Assembly: GCA_951406725.2 (NCBI GenBank)
Contig: OX597821.1
Span: 31,000,001 to 31,064,000 of the forward strand
Reading direction: 5' to 3'
Source of the DNA: Octopus vulgaris
Lineage: Eukaryota
DNA length: 64,000 bases
In this document: positions 27,230 to 41,712 of the stretch, in pieces
How positions within the stretch are numbered: position 1 is the first letter of the stretch
How the letters are laid out: every line of letters begins with the position of its first letter
Notes under the pieces: generated by a model
Databases searched by the model: none
Seen by the model: the letters and a program-made list of their open reading frames with translations, nothing else
What the model was told of the DNA's origin: nothing
Position numbers and translations under genes: made by a program

Positions 27230-29700
27230 CTGATTAATATAATGACAATGATGAATCCTTGGCGAAAAATAGATAAAACTTTAACCCACCAAAAGACGAA
27301 GTACATATGTAGATCACGTCATTGATAGCCTCTCCCGATTTTGACTGAGGCTTAACGTGAACCTCAGACCGACCATTTCAACGAGAAAGGTCTGCACTTA
27401 TATGTTTTAAAAGTGAAAACAGAATTTTCATGAAACAAGCGGATAACGGGGGTGCCAATATAATAATGGATACGGAATATTACCGGGATCTAGCTGAAGA
27501 TAATCTTAAGGATACAAGGTTCTACCATGAAATCCCTTCAAATATTGATTTCCGCTTCATGAAAAGTTTCAGTTATTTGGTGTCAAAACATTATAACTCC
27601 CTCACTTGTAATGAAAGGGACTATATTACTAATTTTGAGTCGAAATCCAGTAACTTCTATGGCTTACCTAAAATACATAATTCAAAAGAAATACAAGACG
27701 CTACAAAGGCACACGGTAGTGAATACATAAAGCTACTACACCTAAAATACCTCAAATTTAGACCCATTATAGCTGGTCCAGCCTGTCCTACATATCACAC
27801 TGAGCAATCACACTGATTGTATTCTCAACTTATTATATGGTCACATACCCAGTTTCATTCCGGATGACATCTATTTCCTGTTATATCTGTCCAAAACAAC
27901 AGAATCCAATTCGCTGCTAGTTTTGACGTAACAAATGTATATACGAACAATCCATATGACTTGGAAATTACTGTCATAAAATATAGGGTCAATAAACAGA
28001 GAAACTACACACAGTAGATTTATTGTAACCTTCATGCTAGACGCAGTCAACCTCATCCTCGAAAACATCACATTCCCTGTCAATAGGGGAAAAAAACTGC
28101 CTTCAAATTCGAGGCACAGCTAGGAGGATGCGATTTGCTCCAGTTTTCGTGAACTCAGTATTGGAATACTTGGAACAAAACCTACATTTAAAAATTGAAG
28201 CAAAGTACGGCTTGATATTTAGAAGACATACAGAGGACACATGGAAAAGATACCTCGATGGTTGTTTCCTAATTTGGACCAACACCCGAGAAATTATGGA
28301 ATAATTCAGCACTCTCCTCAACAATCTACACCCTACTACCAAAATCATGAGGGAAATGAGCAACACACAATTACCATTTCTTGACAAAATTGCAATTAAA
28401 ATCAACACCACAATCACAACTGATATCTATTATAAAAGCACAGATACACATCAGTAACAATATTTCAAATCATGCCACCCAGCACATACAAAATGTTGTA
28501 CTGTCTAGCCAGGAAAATCAGTACTATAGTAGTTGATCCAAATACCTGGAACATACAACTTGTAGAACTCAAAGGATTTCTACTCAAGCAAAATTACCCT
28601 CTTCTACTAGCGTGCAACGAGCAAAGTAGATACCAATAAAACAACTTAGGGCAACACGTGAAGGCCGAACCCTTCACCACAATATCATTTCTAGTAACAC
28701 ACAATCCACATCGCCAAAACATTTTTAACAACATCAAAACAAATTTGCCAATGAAACATTCCTCTTAACCAAAATGCTATCACTTAAACTTTACAAAATA
28801 TTAACAAAAGCAAAATTCAACGTGAACAAACAGGATAAAACATTGAGAAAATCTAAGTGTAATGATAACAGAACCTGTCAATACATGCATGCTGGTAGAT
28901 CTATTAGAATAAAGAATGGACAGATATGAGCTGCAAAAGCAGACATTTTATCTGCTACATTAAGTGCCCGAATTGCAAGGAACTATATATTGGCGGGACA
29001 GTGAATGCATCACGGGACAGTGAATGCATCACGAGTTCACAGACAACACATACGGAACACTAATGTTCCCAAAATTCCATCAAGCGATCATATAGAAACG
29101 CGCGGTCAGAAGATGTTTCTAATTTTTCCTTTTTACAAACTACATGTCACAAGTGAGGTTGGAGGAAAGATAAAGAAAAACAACAAAAATGGTTTAATAA
29201 AATGTTCAAACCTCTTCTGAACGGAAATAACAACCAATTATTGATGTAGATTAAAAAGTACCTTTAACATATGAACATAAATAAACAAATTACAGAAGAC
29301 TCCAACCATTTCAAATAAAGACGATCGAAGCCAACTAGGTTTGCTCACTCATAAAACTATTATACCTAAAACGAAAAGCTAATTGGTTAAAATAAAGGTG
29401 GGATGTAATCCAGTAAAATCGGTAAGCCTGACAAACCGTGACGTTTAAGCTCAATGCGGATTGGGCAAAAAACGTATTCCAAAAATTACTACATTTGTGA
29501 AGAACTCAAACTGTCAATTAAATACATTTTGAAATCTGACGATTACTACGAACGTATAAAAGCGCTAACTGAGCTTTATGAACATTAAGAAATATATTTT
29601 TTAATGTTTAACACTTCAACATAGAAAAATCTTTTATATAAAAACTGAGAACCAAATCATGTTTTAACTTTATTTAACTTATATATCATTCTATACAGGT
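27230..29700 (+). mobile_element. Penelope-like element, near full-length but degenerate (RT, GIY-YIG, 3' pLTR)
   Basis: KQADNGGANIIMD, FYGLPKIH, FRPIIAGP, WKRYLDGCFLIW, CYIKCPNCKELYIG. Confidence 0.92.
29530..29572 (+). ncRNA. Degenerate hammerhead motif in the Penelope 3' region
   Basis: CTGACGA ttac..gtat AAAA gcgc TA (G12>A; palindrome AGCGCT); stem I poor. Confidence 0.5.
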
Positions 29701-29758
29701 CTAGACTAATTCGGAATATATATACGACGTATATTTATACAAACACACGCACACACAT

Positions 29759-29815
<57 letters not shown>

Positions 29816-29843
29816 CATACATACATAGACACATACATACATA

Positions 29844-29902
<59 letters not shown>

Positions 29903-30345
29903 TGTTTGAATCTGTGAAAAAAAACATTCTAACATTTATAGTTGGTATTTCTTAGTGACTATATTCTCCAATGTTAGAAAATGTAAATTTGAATATAGCT
30001 TGGAGTTATATATCCCTATTTCTAATAGACTTTGTCAATTCTTTTTGACAATTGTCTGCTCTTATGCAGTTATATTGATCTATACATTTTGATGAAATGT
30101 ATTTTAAGAAAGTAATCACCTAAACTATTTCTATGCAGTTTCGAAATTCTAGGCTATAAATCTAAATTCTAGTGATATCGTGATCTGAAGAATGATATTT
30201 CCTTTAATCTTAGTTATATTTCTCTCGTTTGCCATTTTGTAACATACCGTGCTAAATGCAGATGTACATACAACATACGCAATGAACTAGTATTACAACG
30301 TCAATAAAATCATCAAAGAATGTTATGCAATATATAATGCATAAT

Positions 30346-30380
<35 letters not shown>

Positions 30381-30659
30381 ATACTACTAATGCTGCTGCT
30401 GCTGTGGGTGCTGCACATGATGGTGGTGTTTCACCTCCTATATTTATTACTACGAATAATAACAATAATATTAATAACAACAGCAATATCATTATCAGCA
30501 TCAACAAAAACAACACTAATAACAACTACAAAAATATTAATAACAACAGCAACTTTAATAGTAATAGCCGAACTATATCGAATAACCGCTACAGCCCATT
30601 ATCTGATAGTGATAATCAATATCTTCCTATTCAATACCTTTTTCAGTTGCAGTTGTGAT

Positions 30660-31640
30660 CAGTTTAGATAGCCTTCCTTCACATTACATTTCATCTTCTC
30701 CTTTAGTACTTTTTTCTGCTCCGCAATGCCCAGATATTTGTACCGACTATCCTCAGAGCCATCATGTGACTCTCTATGAGATGAATAAATCCCACTACTA
30801 CATACACACCTGCCGCTCTTCAGAGTCAGTTTAAAACACGTTGCAACACCACAATCCATTCCAATGTTTTTTTACAGCACCAGTGATCAGTTCTGACTTG
30901 TGAATCAATCTGTGTTTCAATCTTACTAAAAGAGCGTCAGCTCATCCATAAAAATTAAATAGTTAATTTCGGTACACTGTTTTGATTCTGATGGTCAACA
31001 CCTTCTCCCGTAGTTTCATCGATAATGGGACCATGGAGATGACAAAGAGCAATAGTGAGAAATAATTTGCTTTTTTATAATGATCCCACGTAGTTATTTC
31101 TTTCGTAAATATAGATTTGTGTTCCACAAAGGCATGCTAGATTACATTGCATTCATACCGCAGTCTGCTATACTAAACATTTTCAAACATATCTATACCC
31201 ACAGGTATGGGACCTTGTCAGAAGCTTTCTGTGACTTTACCTAAGCCATGCAATACATAATGTAGTCTTCCTCGAACATTCATAATCATAAGCAAGTCGG
31301 TCCATTGTTCTCATAGTTCCCTTAGAACCTTCACTACATCTCTTCGTCTCGAGAGATAGCATCTCATTCTGAATCAAGTAATCATACATTTTTGCTGTAT
31401 TTATGCTTGTTGACAGCTTCTGAAGCACATTCAACTGGTACTTGCAACAAACGTATATTTCATTTGACCCTTCATTATGTAAGCTGTCTTCCCTTCAACC
31501 ATCCAACTGGAAATTCCCCTTCCACTACAAAAGTATTTAGGTGTATCCCTAATCTTCAATCTACACTTTTAATGCTCTTCAACAGGAATCCACGGATGCT
31601 AACCGGTCCAGGAGTTTTCCAGTTTGCCATTTCCCTAACT
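30660..31640 (-). mobile_element. R4/Dong-like LINE reverse transcriptase fragment
   Basis: NWKTPGPVSIRGFLLK, FMDEL (YMDD-like), YKYLGI. Confidence 0.8.
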
Positions 31641-31709
31641 TGCTATTTTGTCAGGGAACTGGAATACCAAAAGCACAAACATCGAAATCAGTTGAGAAAG
31701 GATAGTGGT

Positions 31710-32330
31710 ATAAGTATTTAAGAATATCGAAGGTATTTTAAATAAATCATGAAAAGATGAAGCAAAATTACAAGTAAAGAGTATGCAAGGATAGTGCTGG
31801 AAATATTACAGCCAAAGTTGAATTCAACAAATGTTATTGAAACGATTAATTCAAAAACGATGCCTGTTATTCCAACATGGAGTTAATATTGTGGACTGGG
31901 CAGAAAGCGAAATGCAAAATCTTGAAAGGAAAACTAGAAAACTGTTGATTAAGTATGGAACTCATCATTCAGAAGATAGTATTAACCGGTTTTACATGAA
32001 AGGAGACCAATTTCGAAGGGATTTAATTGATGTAGAACGCTATGCGCAGATGGGATGAAACAGCTTTCTACCTAATTTGCAGAAAAGCTCAGAAATGTTA
32101 TTAAAGGTAGTGAATGCAGAACATGTGATCAAGGCTCGAAAATGGGAAAAAAGCATATGAATGAAATTCATAGAGAACACGTTAAACCTTTGTATGCACA
32201 GCTTTGGAAAGCCAATGACGATGTATGTAAAACTAAACCCAGGACTCCTTTGAAAGATGAACAATTGAAATGAGAATAATGTAGTCTTATTATAGCTGTT
32301 CAACATCTAAAACTGCAAACAACAAAAAAT
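31710..32330 (+). mobile_element. R4/Dong-like LINE fragment (post-RT)
   Basis: IVDWAESEMQNLERKTRKLLIKYGTHH. Confidence 0.75.
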
Positions 32331-32349
32331 ATGTATAAGTTGAAAATTA

Positions 32350-32720
32350 TGAAATTTTCCATGCATTCTTTTCTTCATCCACCTATTTTCAGTTTCATAC
32401 ATTCTCAAGTGCTTGTGCAGTGCTTTATGATTGCAATCTTCCATTGTACACAAGCCTTCTTACTTCCAATAATAGCGTTCTGTGGCATTTTTTTACATTC
32501 CATGATATGTTGTTTTATTATGTTCTAATTCTGTGTTCGCTTCCAGTCACTCCTCTTCCCTCTGTTTTTCTTGGTACATACAGACTTTCTGTGTCACTTT
32601 TTGTGGGGTGTATCCCACATCTAGTCAGAAACTCCCATTTCATTCTGTTTAAGCTGTTTGGTTTGTCTACTGTCCATGCGATTGTCTCTGATCTATATCG
32701 AAGTAGTGATTTCAACCGAA
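32350..32720 (-). mobile_element. R4/Dong-like LINE fragment (post-RT)
   Basis: LLRY...GIHPTKSDTESLYVPRKTEGRG. Confidence 0.8.
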
Positions 32721-32849
32721 GGAAACAGTCTCAGTCTGCACAAGTGCGCCACCTTAAATTTTTCTGTCATTTCTTTCTCCTAAAAGTTAGCTATTTCCAA
32801 GATAAGAAAGAGACAAAATGTCAATCGGTGACTAAAAGTGATTCAAAAT

Positions 32850-33440
32850 AAGAAACGTAGCTCTAATCTGTGCTGCTTAAGAGCAGGCATTAAGAACGAA
32901 TTACGTCAAATACAAAATACACAACTCATCAGAAAGTGATCACTACAGAATTTGAAGACAATATGGCGAACGCCTATGGCATATTAACAGCCAATGTACG
33001 CCACTAGCCCAGAAAGAATATAGGAGACGACATGACAATATAGCAAGGATTGTCCATTTGACACTTTGCAACAAGTATGGATTTCACAGAGCAGAAAAGT
33101 TGTACGAAAATAAACCCGAAAGCATCAGCAATAATGATAATGCAAAATGCTATGGGGTTTTATGATTCAGTTCGAGCTTCAGATAGAGAATAGATAACCT
33201 GACATAGTGTTAATTGAGAAAGAAAGCAAACGACGCTGCATCATAGATATAGCATGCCCAGCTGACAACAAGTTATGCGATAAGGAAGAATGAAAAGTCG
33301 GCAGATATGACCGTTTAGCATGGGAGGTTAAGCAGTTGTGCTCTCTGAAAAAGCCCTGGAAACTGAGTAAAAAATTTGAGAAGCACATGGAAAAATACGA
33401 AGACAGAAATAAAGTTTTCGGGTATACTTTACCCCGGGGT
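32850..33440 (+). mobile_element. R4/Dong-like LINE C-terminal fragment (knuckle + RLE)
   Basis: EYRRRHDNIARIVH; PDIVLIEKESKRRCIIDIACPAD. Confidence 0.8.
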
Positions 33441-33759
33441 CATTTTGATGGCATTCACTGCTCTCTGACTCAATTATAATAATAATATATATATATATAT
33501 AATATATATTGAAAATTAAAGGAGGAAGAGTTGAAAGAACCCAGGGAGTCGAAATGCCGATTAGACAAACAATGCAAGAGGTTGGGAAAAGACAGTGATA
33601 TACGTGCATGGAAATACCAGAAGCAGGGGGCATAAAAAATGAAGAAATGTATCAAATTACCTATAAGGATTACATAGGGAGAATAAGAAAATTATATTAG
33701 TCAAAGGTGAATCCCAAAACCTTATTGAAGCAATACATTCAAGAGCAGTGCCATAATTA

Positions 33760-33888
33760 CGTATGGGGAGGCTGGTATGCAAGGGCGACTGCTGGTCTTC
33801 CATAAGCAATCTTGCCCGGACTTGTACCACGGATGGTAACTTTCTAGGTGCAATCCCATGGGCTTTCATAACCGAAGGGGGACTCCGC

Positions 33889-33890
<2 letters not shown>
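33760..33890 (-). mobile_element. short interspersed repeat fragment ('catgggattgcacctagaaagttacc' family)
   Basis: Similar to 50690-50795 and 13895-14010. Confidence 0.6.
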
Positions 33891-33920
<30 letters not shown>

Positions 33921-33986
33921 TGTTATATTTCGGAATGGTCATATTGCCAGTTTAGCCAATAAATCTTGCACAACAAATATTTAAAC

Positions 33987-34492
<506 letters not shown>

Positions 34493-35402
34493 ATATATAT
34501 ATATATATATGGAGAGGTATATTTATATCTTCCCATTCAAGTAATTTTCCATAGTCAGTTTAATGATAATTCATATTCGTCTTGAGATTTTAGCGAGTAT
34601 TTTATTCTGGTATAATTACCATTGTAAACTATGTGACAAATATTGAACAGACGAGTACGTCGACGAATTTTAATGTACATTTGTTTTGCGTTTTAGAATT
34701 GTGACCCTTCCAAAACAAGAAAAAGCTTAATTTATAAGCCTTGAACACTTGGGCAATAATGTCTTGATTTCCAGTTTTCTTACGTCCACAAGTTATACAT
34801 GATAGCATTTTTCCGTATGTACTTTGTGGAGAGTTGCCCTGAATAACATACTCTGTAAATATTATTATTTGCATACTCCAAAATGCGATTTTCGTTGGCG
34901 AGGATAATTACAGCCTTCGCACAAACTGCTTTCTTTTTACGCTTCGGAGTTCAAATATGGATAAGGAAAACGTTATTTTCATCCCCTTAATGGTTGACAA
35001 ATTCAGTCACCAATTGAACAGAGGCGACGATATAATCCAAACGCCTGTCGCAAAATCTCTGAATTGTGTATATAACATCAGTTACTTACATACCTCCTAT
35101 GGTCGATATTGCTATCAAAATATTAGTAACAATATTAAATATGTATATAGCTCGTGATAGGCAAAGTTATATCTAATGAGAATTGCACTTGAATTTAGAC
35201 ATCTGTACGTACATACTCATGCATGAATATATGATTATATATAAGTACATATAGATGTGTGTGTGTGAGTGCGTGTGTATTTTCAAAGCTATGCATTAAT
35301 GATATAAAACTTTATTTGATCCGAATTGCGTATATATTTGCACATGCATATACATACATGTACACGCATGCATCTTTCTCTGTCAGTCTGTCTCTGTCTC
35401 TG

Positions 35403-35448
<46 letters not shown>

Positions 35449-36183
35449 CGTGTGTAAATGTGTGTGTATATTTTTATATATAAATGTCTGAGTTTGTGTG
35501 GTGTGTGAGAGAGAGAGAGAGAGAGAGAAGGAGCATGAGAACAAATATCGTGTTAGTTTATATGAATATTTTAGCTAGCAAGAGAAACAGCTATCGGCAT
35601 ATGTAAATCTTTCTCTATTTACATCTTTTCGTGTTTATTCGTCGCTTTCGATTTCTATACACATCTGGCTATGTATCGAATCTACCTATCTATGTGTATC
35701 CATATATTTCAGTCTATTTATATATCTGATTATCATACTAACCATCCTTTCATTTTCACTATATATTCTTCTAGTTCAATATTTGAAAGACAGCTAAGCA
35801 AGAAGCAATTTCTTAAGTGGGTTGCTGAAAGCAAAACGGGGCTGACAGGAAATTGGATTCCAGTATGTAAGTAATATCTAGATATTTAAGTAACTGAAGT
35901 GTAAGGGACAAGATATATTTGCACCGGCCAATATGAATAAAATAAACTAATGGTGAAACAAACGCTACAATATCATTCTTTTAAGTTTGACATGAGAAGT
36001 TTGGTATGTATAGGATGGTTGATAAAATAAGTCTGACGTAATATAGAAACTCGTTAAACAATATATATATATATATATAATTAATCAATATAGGGTGGCA
36101 AAAAAAATTTTGTAGAATTCTTTTGCCACCAGCGGCCTAGTAGGAAAAAATTAAAATAGTCATAGACCATTTTTAAGTTCAAC

Positions 36184-36484
36184 ATCAACAATAAAGGAAC
36201 GGCCATAATAGGCCATTCACCCACTAGAAATAACAGCCAAAGCTTCAACCGCAAATAAAAGTTAATTCAGTAAACCAAGAGAAAATTTAAAAACATTTAC
36301 CCTTTAATTTCTTATACGATATACCGTTTCATCAGCAGATGAAACGGTATATCGTATAAGAAATTACAGGGTAAATGTTTTTTAAATTTTCTCCTGGTTT
36401 ACTGAATTAACTTTTATTTGCGGTTGAAGCTTTGGCTGTTATTTCTAGTGGGTGAATGGCCTATTATGGCCGTTCCTTTATTGT

Positions 36485-36488
<4 letters not shown>
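36184..36488. repeat. Near-perfect palindrome with ~150 bp arms and 4-nt loop
   Basis: Centre tacgatataccgtttcatc-agca-gatgaaacggtatatcgta; arms match out to atcaacaataaagg / cctttattgttgat. Confidence 0.95.
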
Positions 36489-36545
<57 letters not shown>

Positions 36546-37139
36546 CATACATATATATGTATATATATAGAGAGAGAGAGAGAAAGAAGGATAGAAAAAT
36601 AGATAGATATATACATACATAAATACATACATATTTGTCTGTGTGCGCGCGTATGTACTTATAAATGTAGAATAGCATGTATATATGTATGTATATATAG
36701 TTGTAAATTTTCCCATCATTACTTATATTTTCCTTCGACATTTTGGCGTCCATTTTATTACATGTCTAGTAATATATATTTACTTTATTACCGATATTTA
36801 AACATATACGTACAGTCATATATATATATATGTATAAATATATGTTTATGCTTAATTGAATGTGTAAATAAATATAAAGTTAGATATACATATATCGTAA
36901 ACTAAAAAAGTCATTACATACATACAAGCGCGTGAACGCGCACACAAACATACACACACATTATTTTAATCTTTTATTCTTTTCTATGTCTCAGCCCTAA
37001 AGCTGTGTCCATGCTGGGCACAGCCAGTGTAATAACCTTATAATTGGCCAATTCCATGAGATTGACTTTTGATGAAGGCGGGTGTTCGAAACTGCTACCC
37101 TTCTTCGTGTTTCATGCCTAGATATTGGTACATTTGGTA

Positions 37140-37350
37140 TCTTGGATTGCAAGTGATCAAGATGTGTCTTGAAGCAATCTACCCGCTACTCCATGAGAAT
37201 ACCTCAGATATTTTAGCAAGGCATTAAGTAGCTGTGGAGCTTTGAATCTCAGGCTATATATAGTTCTCATTTTAGTTGGGGCAGCTGGGACTTTTGTAAT
37301 AGTGCCTTGATATCCAGTTCGAGGTCTTGTATAAGTTTCAATTCCAAAGT
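37140..37350 (-). mobile_element. CR1/L2-like LINE C-terminal fragment
   Basis: SLRFKAPQLLNALLKYLR resembles the tail of CR1-group ORF2. Confidence 0.5.
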
Positions 37351-37645
37351 TTGGCTCCACCCCTTCCAGTATCTTTCAAAGAAAGAGAGAGAGAAATTGG
37401 GGTGAGAGATATAAATGTACATATGACTAAGTTGACTATTAGTATATGCCTAATAGTATATCTATTAAAGCATATTCGCTGTTTCGGTATCCAGAGTAAC
37501 GATATCATTTTCATTGGATCTACGTCAGGATATCTGCTGAGTTTGTTGAGTTTGTAGTTGATAAAAGAAACGGAAGATGAATTACGTACAAATTTTTATA
37601 AGGATTCGTACACTATCCATCTTCCGTTTCCTTTATCAATTATAC

Positions 37646-37780
<135 letters not shown>

Positions 37781-37794
37781 TGGGTAGATGTGTT

Positions 37795-39000
37795 ACTCAA
37801 AGAAATTCCAACTTTGATTTTCACGTTTTATTTATAATCTTATAATAACATAGTATAGTATATGATAATATAATATAATGAAATGATAGAATATTAAATG
37901 TCCATTCTGATTGAACTAGTACTTTCATGAATTAAAACTATGCAATCTTCAGGTTCATGTAGTTGAGATGACAGTTATGTTTTATAATTTACAGCTGTGA
38001 TGAGATTGCTAAAATACATTTCATGGCCTTAAATACATTTGTATTGGCTCCAGAGTGTTAATTTTTGCTAACTGTCTTCTGACCAATCCGTGTGTGATTT
38101 TATTAAATTACTTCAGTTGATTGGTGTTTGGTTTAAGCATCACGGTTTGTTGAACATGTCAAGAGATCCGTGTTCTGAACCTGGCCAAAGCAGTATTTGT
38201 CAGGCTATTGTTAGAAATGTTGTGAAACATTTCTCTGGAATTTTTACATTTCACCTATCATCATCATCATCATCATCATCATTATCATCTCCTTTATTAC
38301 TGTTGTCGTTGTTGTTAGTGGTGGTGGTATGAGTAGCTCTTGTAATAGAACTTTAAAACCCAATATATAATTGTTACTGACTTTTCTCTTGACTTAGCTA
38401 GTATTTTTCTGCTATTACCATAATGACCAGCTTTAGTATTGTTGTTGTTAGTGGTAGTGGTCGTAGCAGTAGATATATTACTTGTAAGTATTAGTATTAT
38501 TGTTTATTTAGCTTGGGTTTGAACTTATTAATAAAGTTCTTTTCTCTAATGTTTTCCATTCAATTTCACTTGAACTGTGTAATTTGTAGAATCGATATAT
38601 AGATATTTTCCGACCGCATGTTGCTAGATGGTTACTCAAAGGTATCTGACAGACATCTGGCTCTTTAATTTGCTGTTGGTGCACACCGTAATGTTCTGAG
38701 ATTGCATTTCCAGTCTGACCTACGTACAGTATTTCACAATTTGGGCATTTGATGCAGTAAATTAAATTTCGGCTTTTGCAGTTCATATTTGCATTTGTGA
38801 ATATTTTTCCGATTTTCGTTTTCATATATGGGCCGGTATGTATCAATTGGCATGTGCTACAGCGGCTATCATTGCATTTACATAGAATGAATGATTAATC
38901 TTTGTTGCCATGGTCAAACTTTGCCTTTGTTAATATTTTATTCAAGTTTTTAGTCTCTCTTCTACTAAGAACCATGGTTACATCTGTAATTATATATTTT
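37795..39000 (-). mobile_element. Penelope-like element 3' end: GIY-YIG domain plus pLTR
   Basis: ORF 38508-38846 NCKSRNLIYCIKCPNCEILYVGQTGN; downstream region is homologous to 48070-48490. Confidence 0.88.
37912..37957 (-). ncRNA. Type I minimal hammerhead ribozyme in Penelope pLTR
   Basis: tgaac CTGAAGA ttgca..ttcat GAAA gtac TA gttca; palindrome AGTACT; stem II has a mismatch. Confidence 0.75.
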
Positions 39001-39190
39001 TATTCATTACTTTGAGCAATGGTTGGTACATTTGCTTTGGCAATGTTGAAGATATTCTGGTGATACAACCCGTGTCATTGCTCAATCATTGCTCACTTAA
39101 TGAATTAAAATATATATCATACAATCAGCTGTGCCCGTGTATCTATCTATCCATCTATCTTCTATCTCTGTATCTCTCTCGCTCTCTCTC

Positions 39191-39299
<109 letters not shown>

Positions 39300-40414
39300 T
39301 ATTATCCACAAATCTTATCAATACAGTTCTCTAGTAAAATGAATGAGAAATATTTCATGATAATAAAACCTTAGAAAACAAATTTAAGTGCACGAGCAAA
39401 AACTAAAGGAGATTACTCGTTATTACACTTATACTTTACAAAAATGTGACGGTTTATAAAAACTTCCTCACACTGTAAAACATATTTTTTTTCGCATAAA
39501 CATGTAAATTCCTCTCAGAAGTAAATGCACTATAAATTTAAATACCTAACAATTTTTCTCTGAATATTAGATAGTACGATTCAATGCATTGAAATGTTAA
39601 ATAATAATAGTTATTATAACGTTTCTCTGCAATACATTCTAAAATAATATCGTAGGATACAATATAAAACAACGTTTCTCTTTTCTCTCTATTATTTCTT
39701 AATATTTTTTCTATCATATAACCCACATAAAATATTACGTGTGTTTCTTCTTCCACTTTTCTCCAATTTTGTCACATTTCGTTATATTTCCCACCTCAAA
39801 AAAAGTGTTTCGCGTAAATATTTAAATTCCACTCCAAAGTATGTAAACTATAATTTTTCTCTGAATAATGGAATTATACGTTAGTGCATTGAAATGCTAA
39901 ATAATTAATAGTTATAATGTTTTTTTTCGAAATACATTCAAAATTAGTATTTTAATATATAGTATCGAAGTATATTTCTCTTTTATATTCCAAATCATTT
40001 ATGTTTATTTTTCGTCCTTCAACAATTTATTTCATCTCTCAATCTGTCTTCAATACCCTTATCAACCTATAACAGCCCTTATTCTAATTAAACGACTACT
40101 TTATGCCACATAACACTTATAAGTCTATTTTTCAAATATATTACAATATTTTAGCAGGATTTCTTTAGATAATATCTCTCCACACGATCTCGGCTTCCTA
40201 ACAAATTATTGTTTACGTTATTTGAATATTTGAAACTACGGTCCTCATCTTACTTATTTCGTTGCTCACCACTAGAATGTAAACATCCACCATGATGATA
40301 TCCGGTCATAATTTGGGGTTATTTCAGATCTAACATCGCTTGAATTGCACAGATGTTATTGGATTAAGTTTGTTTTGTGGTGAGATCGCTTTAGTGTATG
40401 TCCATTATTATTAT

Positions 40415-40790
40415 TAGCAAGCCGGACGAAATGCTTAGAAGTATTTTGTCAGCCGTTACGTTCTGAGTTCAAATTCCACAGAGGTCGTCTTTGCCTTTCA
40501 TCCTTTCAGTGCTGATAAATTAAGTACCAGTTACGCGCTGGGGTCGATGTTATCGACTTAATCCATTTGTCTGTCCTTGTTTGTCCCCTCTGTGTTTAGC
40601 CCCTTGTAGGTAGTAAAGAAATAGGTATTTCGTCTACCTTTACTTTCTGAGTTCAAATTCCGCTGAGATCGTCTCTGCCTTTCATTATTTCGGAGTCGAT
40701 AATTTAAGTACCAGTTGCGTACTGGGGTCAATCTAATCGTCTTGCACCTTCCTCCAAAATTTCGGGCTTTTGCCTAGAGAAGCAAATATC
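40415..40790 (+). mobile_element. Tandem Nin-like SINE copies
   Basis: ctgagttcaaattcc...gcctttcatcctttc...aagtaccag occurs twice. Confidence 0.8.
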
Positions 40791-40852
40791 ATTATTATGA
40801 TAAGTAGCATTAGTATTACCACCAACACCACCATCACTACTGCTGCTGCCAT

Positions 40853-40891
<39 letters not shown>

Positions 40892-41335
40892 AACTACTAC
40901 TACTACTACTACTACTACTACTGTTCCTGCGATTAACTTTCCAAATTGATTTAAACATAATAATCGTCCCGCTTTGTGCAACTAAAATTTTACACTTGCT
41001 GAAATACTGCCGGTTGCATGTAATCCCTGTTTTTTTTTAACGATGATGCTATTGTAGCAGCCTTTGAATTCACATCTGATTTAATTCTATAACAAATTAT
41101 GTCATTATCTTCATTTTATTGAAAATCACCCATTTAATTCTTCACAGAATGGATCGAGTGGAATAAGCCGCAAAAGTAACTTTCACCTACAAAACTGTAA
41201 CCTATGAAGAAAACGGGAAAGTTCTGAAGAAATTAAATATGTGCCCAAATTTTATTATTCGAGGTGCCTGAATTATTCAAATATATTCCCTTCCTCACTC
41301 TTAGAAATAATTTTTAGAGCTATTTACAAAATATT

Positions 41336-41712
41336 TATTTCTTTACTACCCACATGGGGCTAAACACAGAGGGGACAATCAAGGACAGACAAAGGGATTA
41401 AGTCGATTACATCGACCCCAGTGCGAAACTGGTACTTTATTTATCGACCCCGAAAGGATGAAAGGCAAAGTCGACCTCGGCGAAATTTGAACTCAGAATG
41501 TAATGACAGATGAAATACCTATTTCTTTACTACCCACAGAGGGCTAAATACAAAGAGGTTAAACAAGGACAGACAAATAGATTAAGTCGATTATACCGAC
41601 TCCAGTGCGTAACTGGTACTTAATTCATCGACCCCGAAAGGATGAAAAGCAAAGTTGACCTCAGCGGAATTTGAACTCAGAACGTGACGGCAGTCGAAAT
41701 ACGGCTGCGCAT
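41336..41712 (-). mobile_element. Tandem dimer of Nin-like SINE
   Basis: tatttctttactacccaca...gaaaggatgaaa..caaag occurs twice (41336, 41520). Confidence 0.85.

Noticed and set aside
30404-30658. Asn-rich protein ORF
   Set aside because: Degenerate (AAT/AAC)n simple repeat with no splice or homology support
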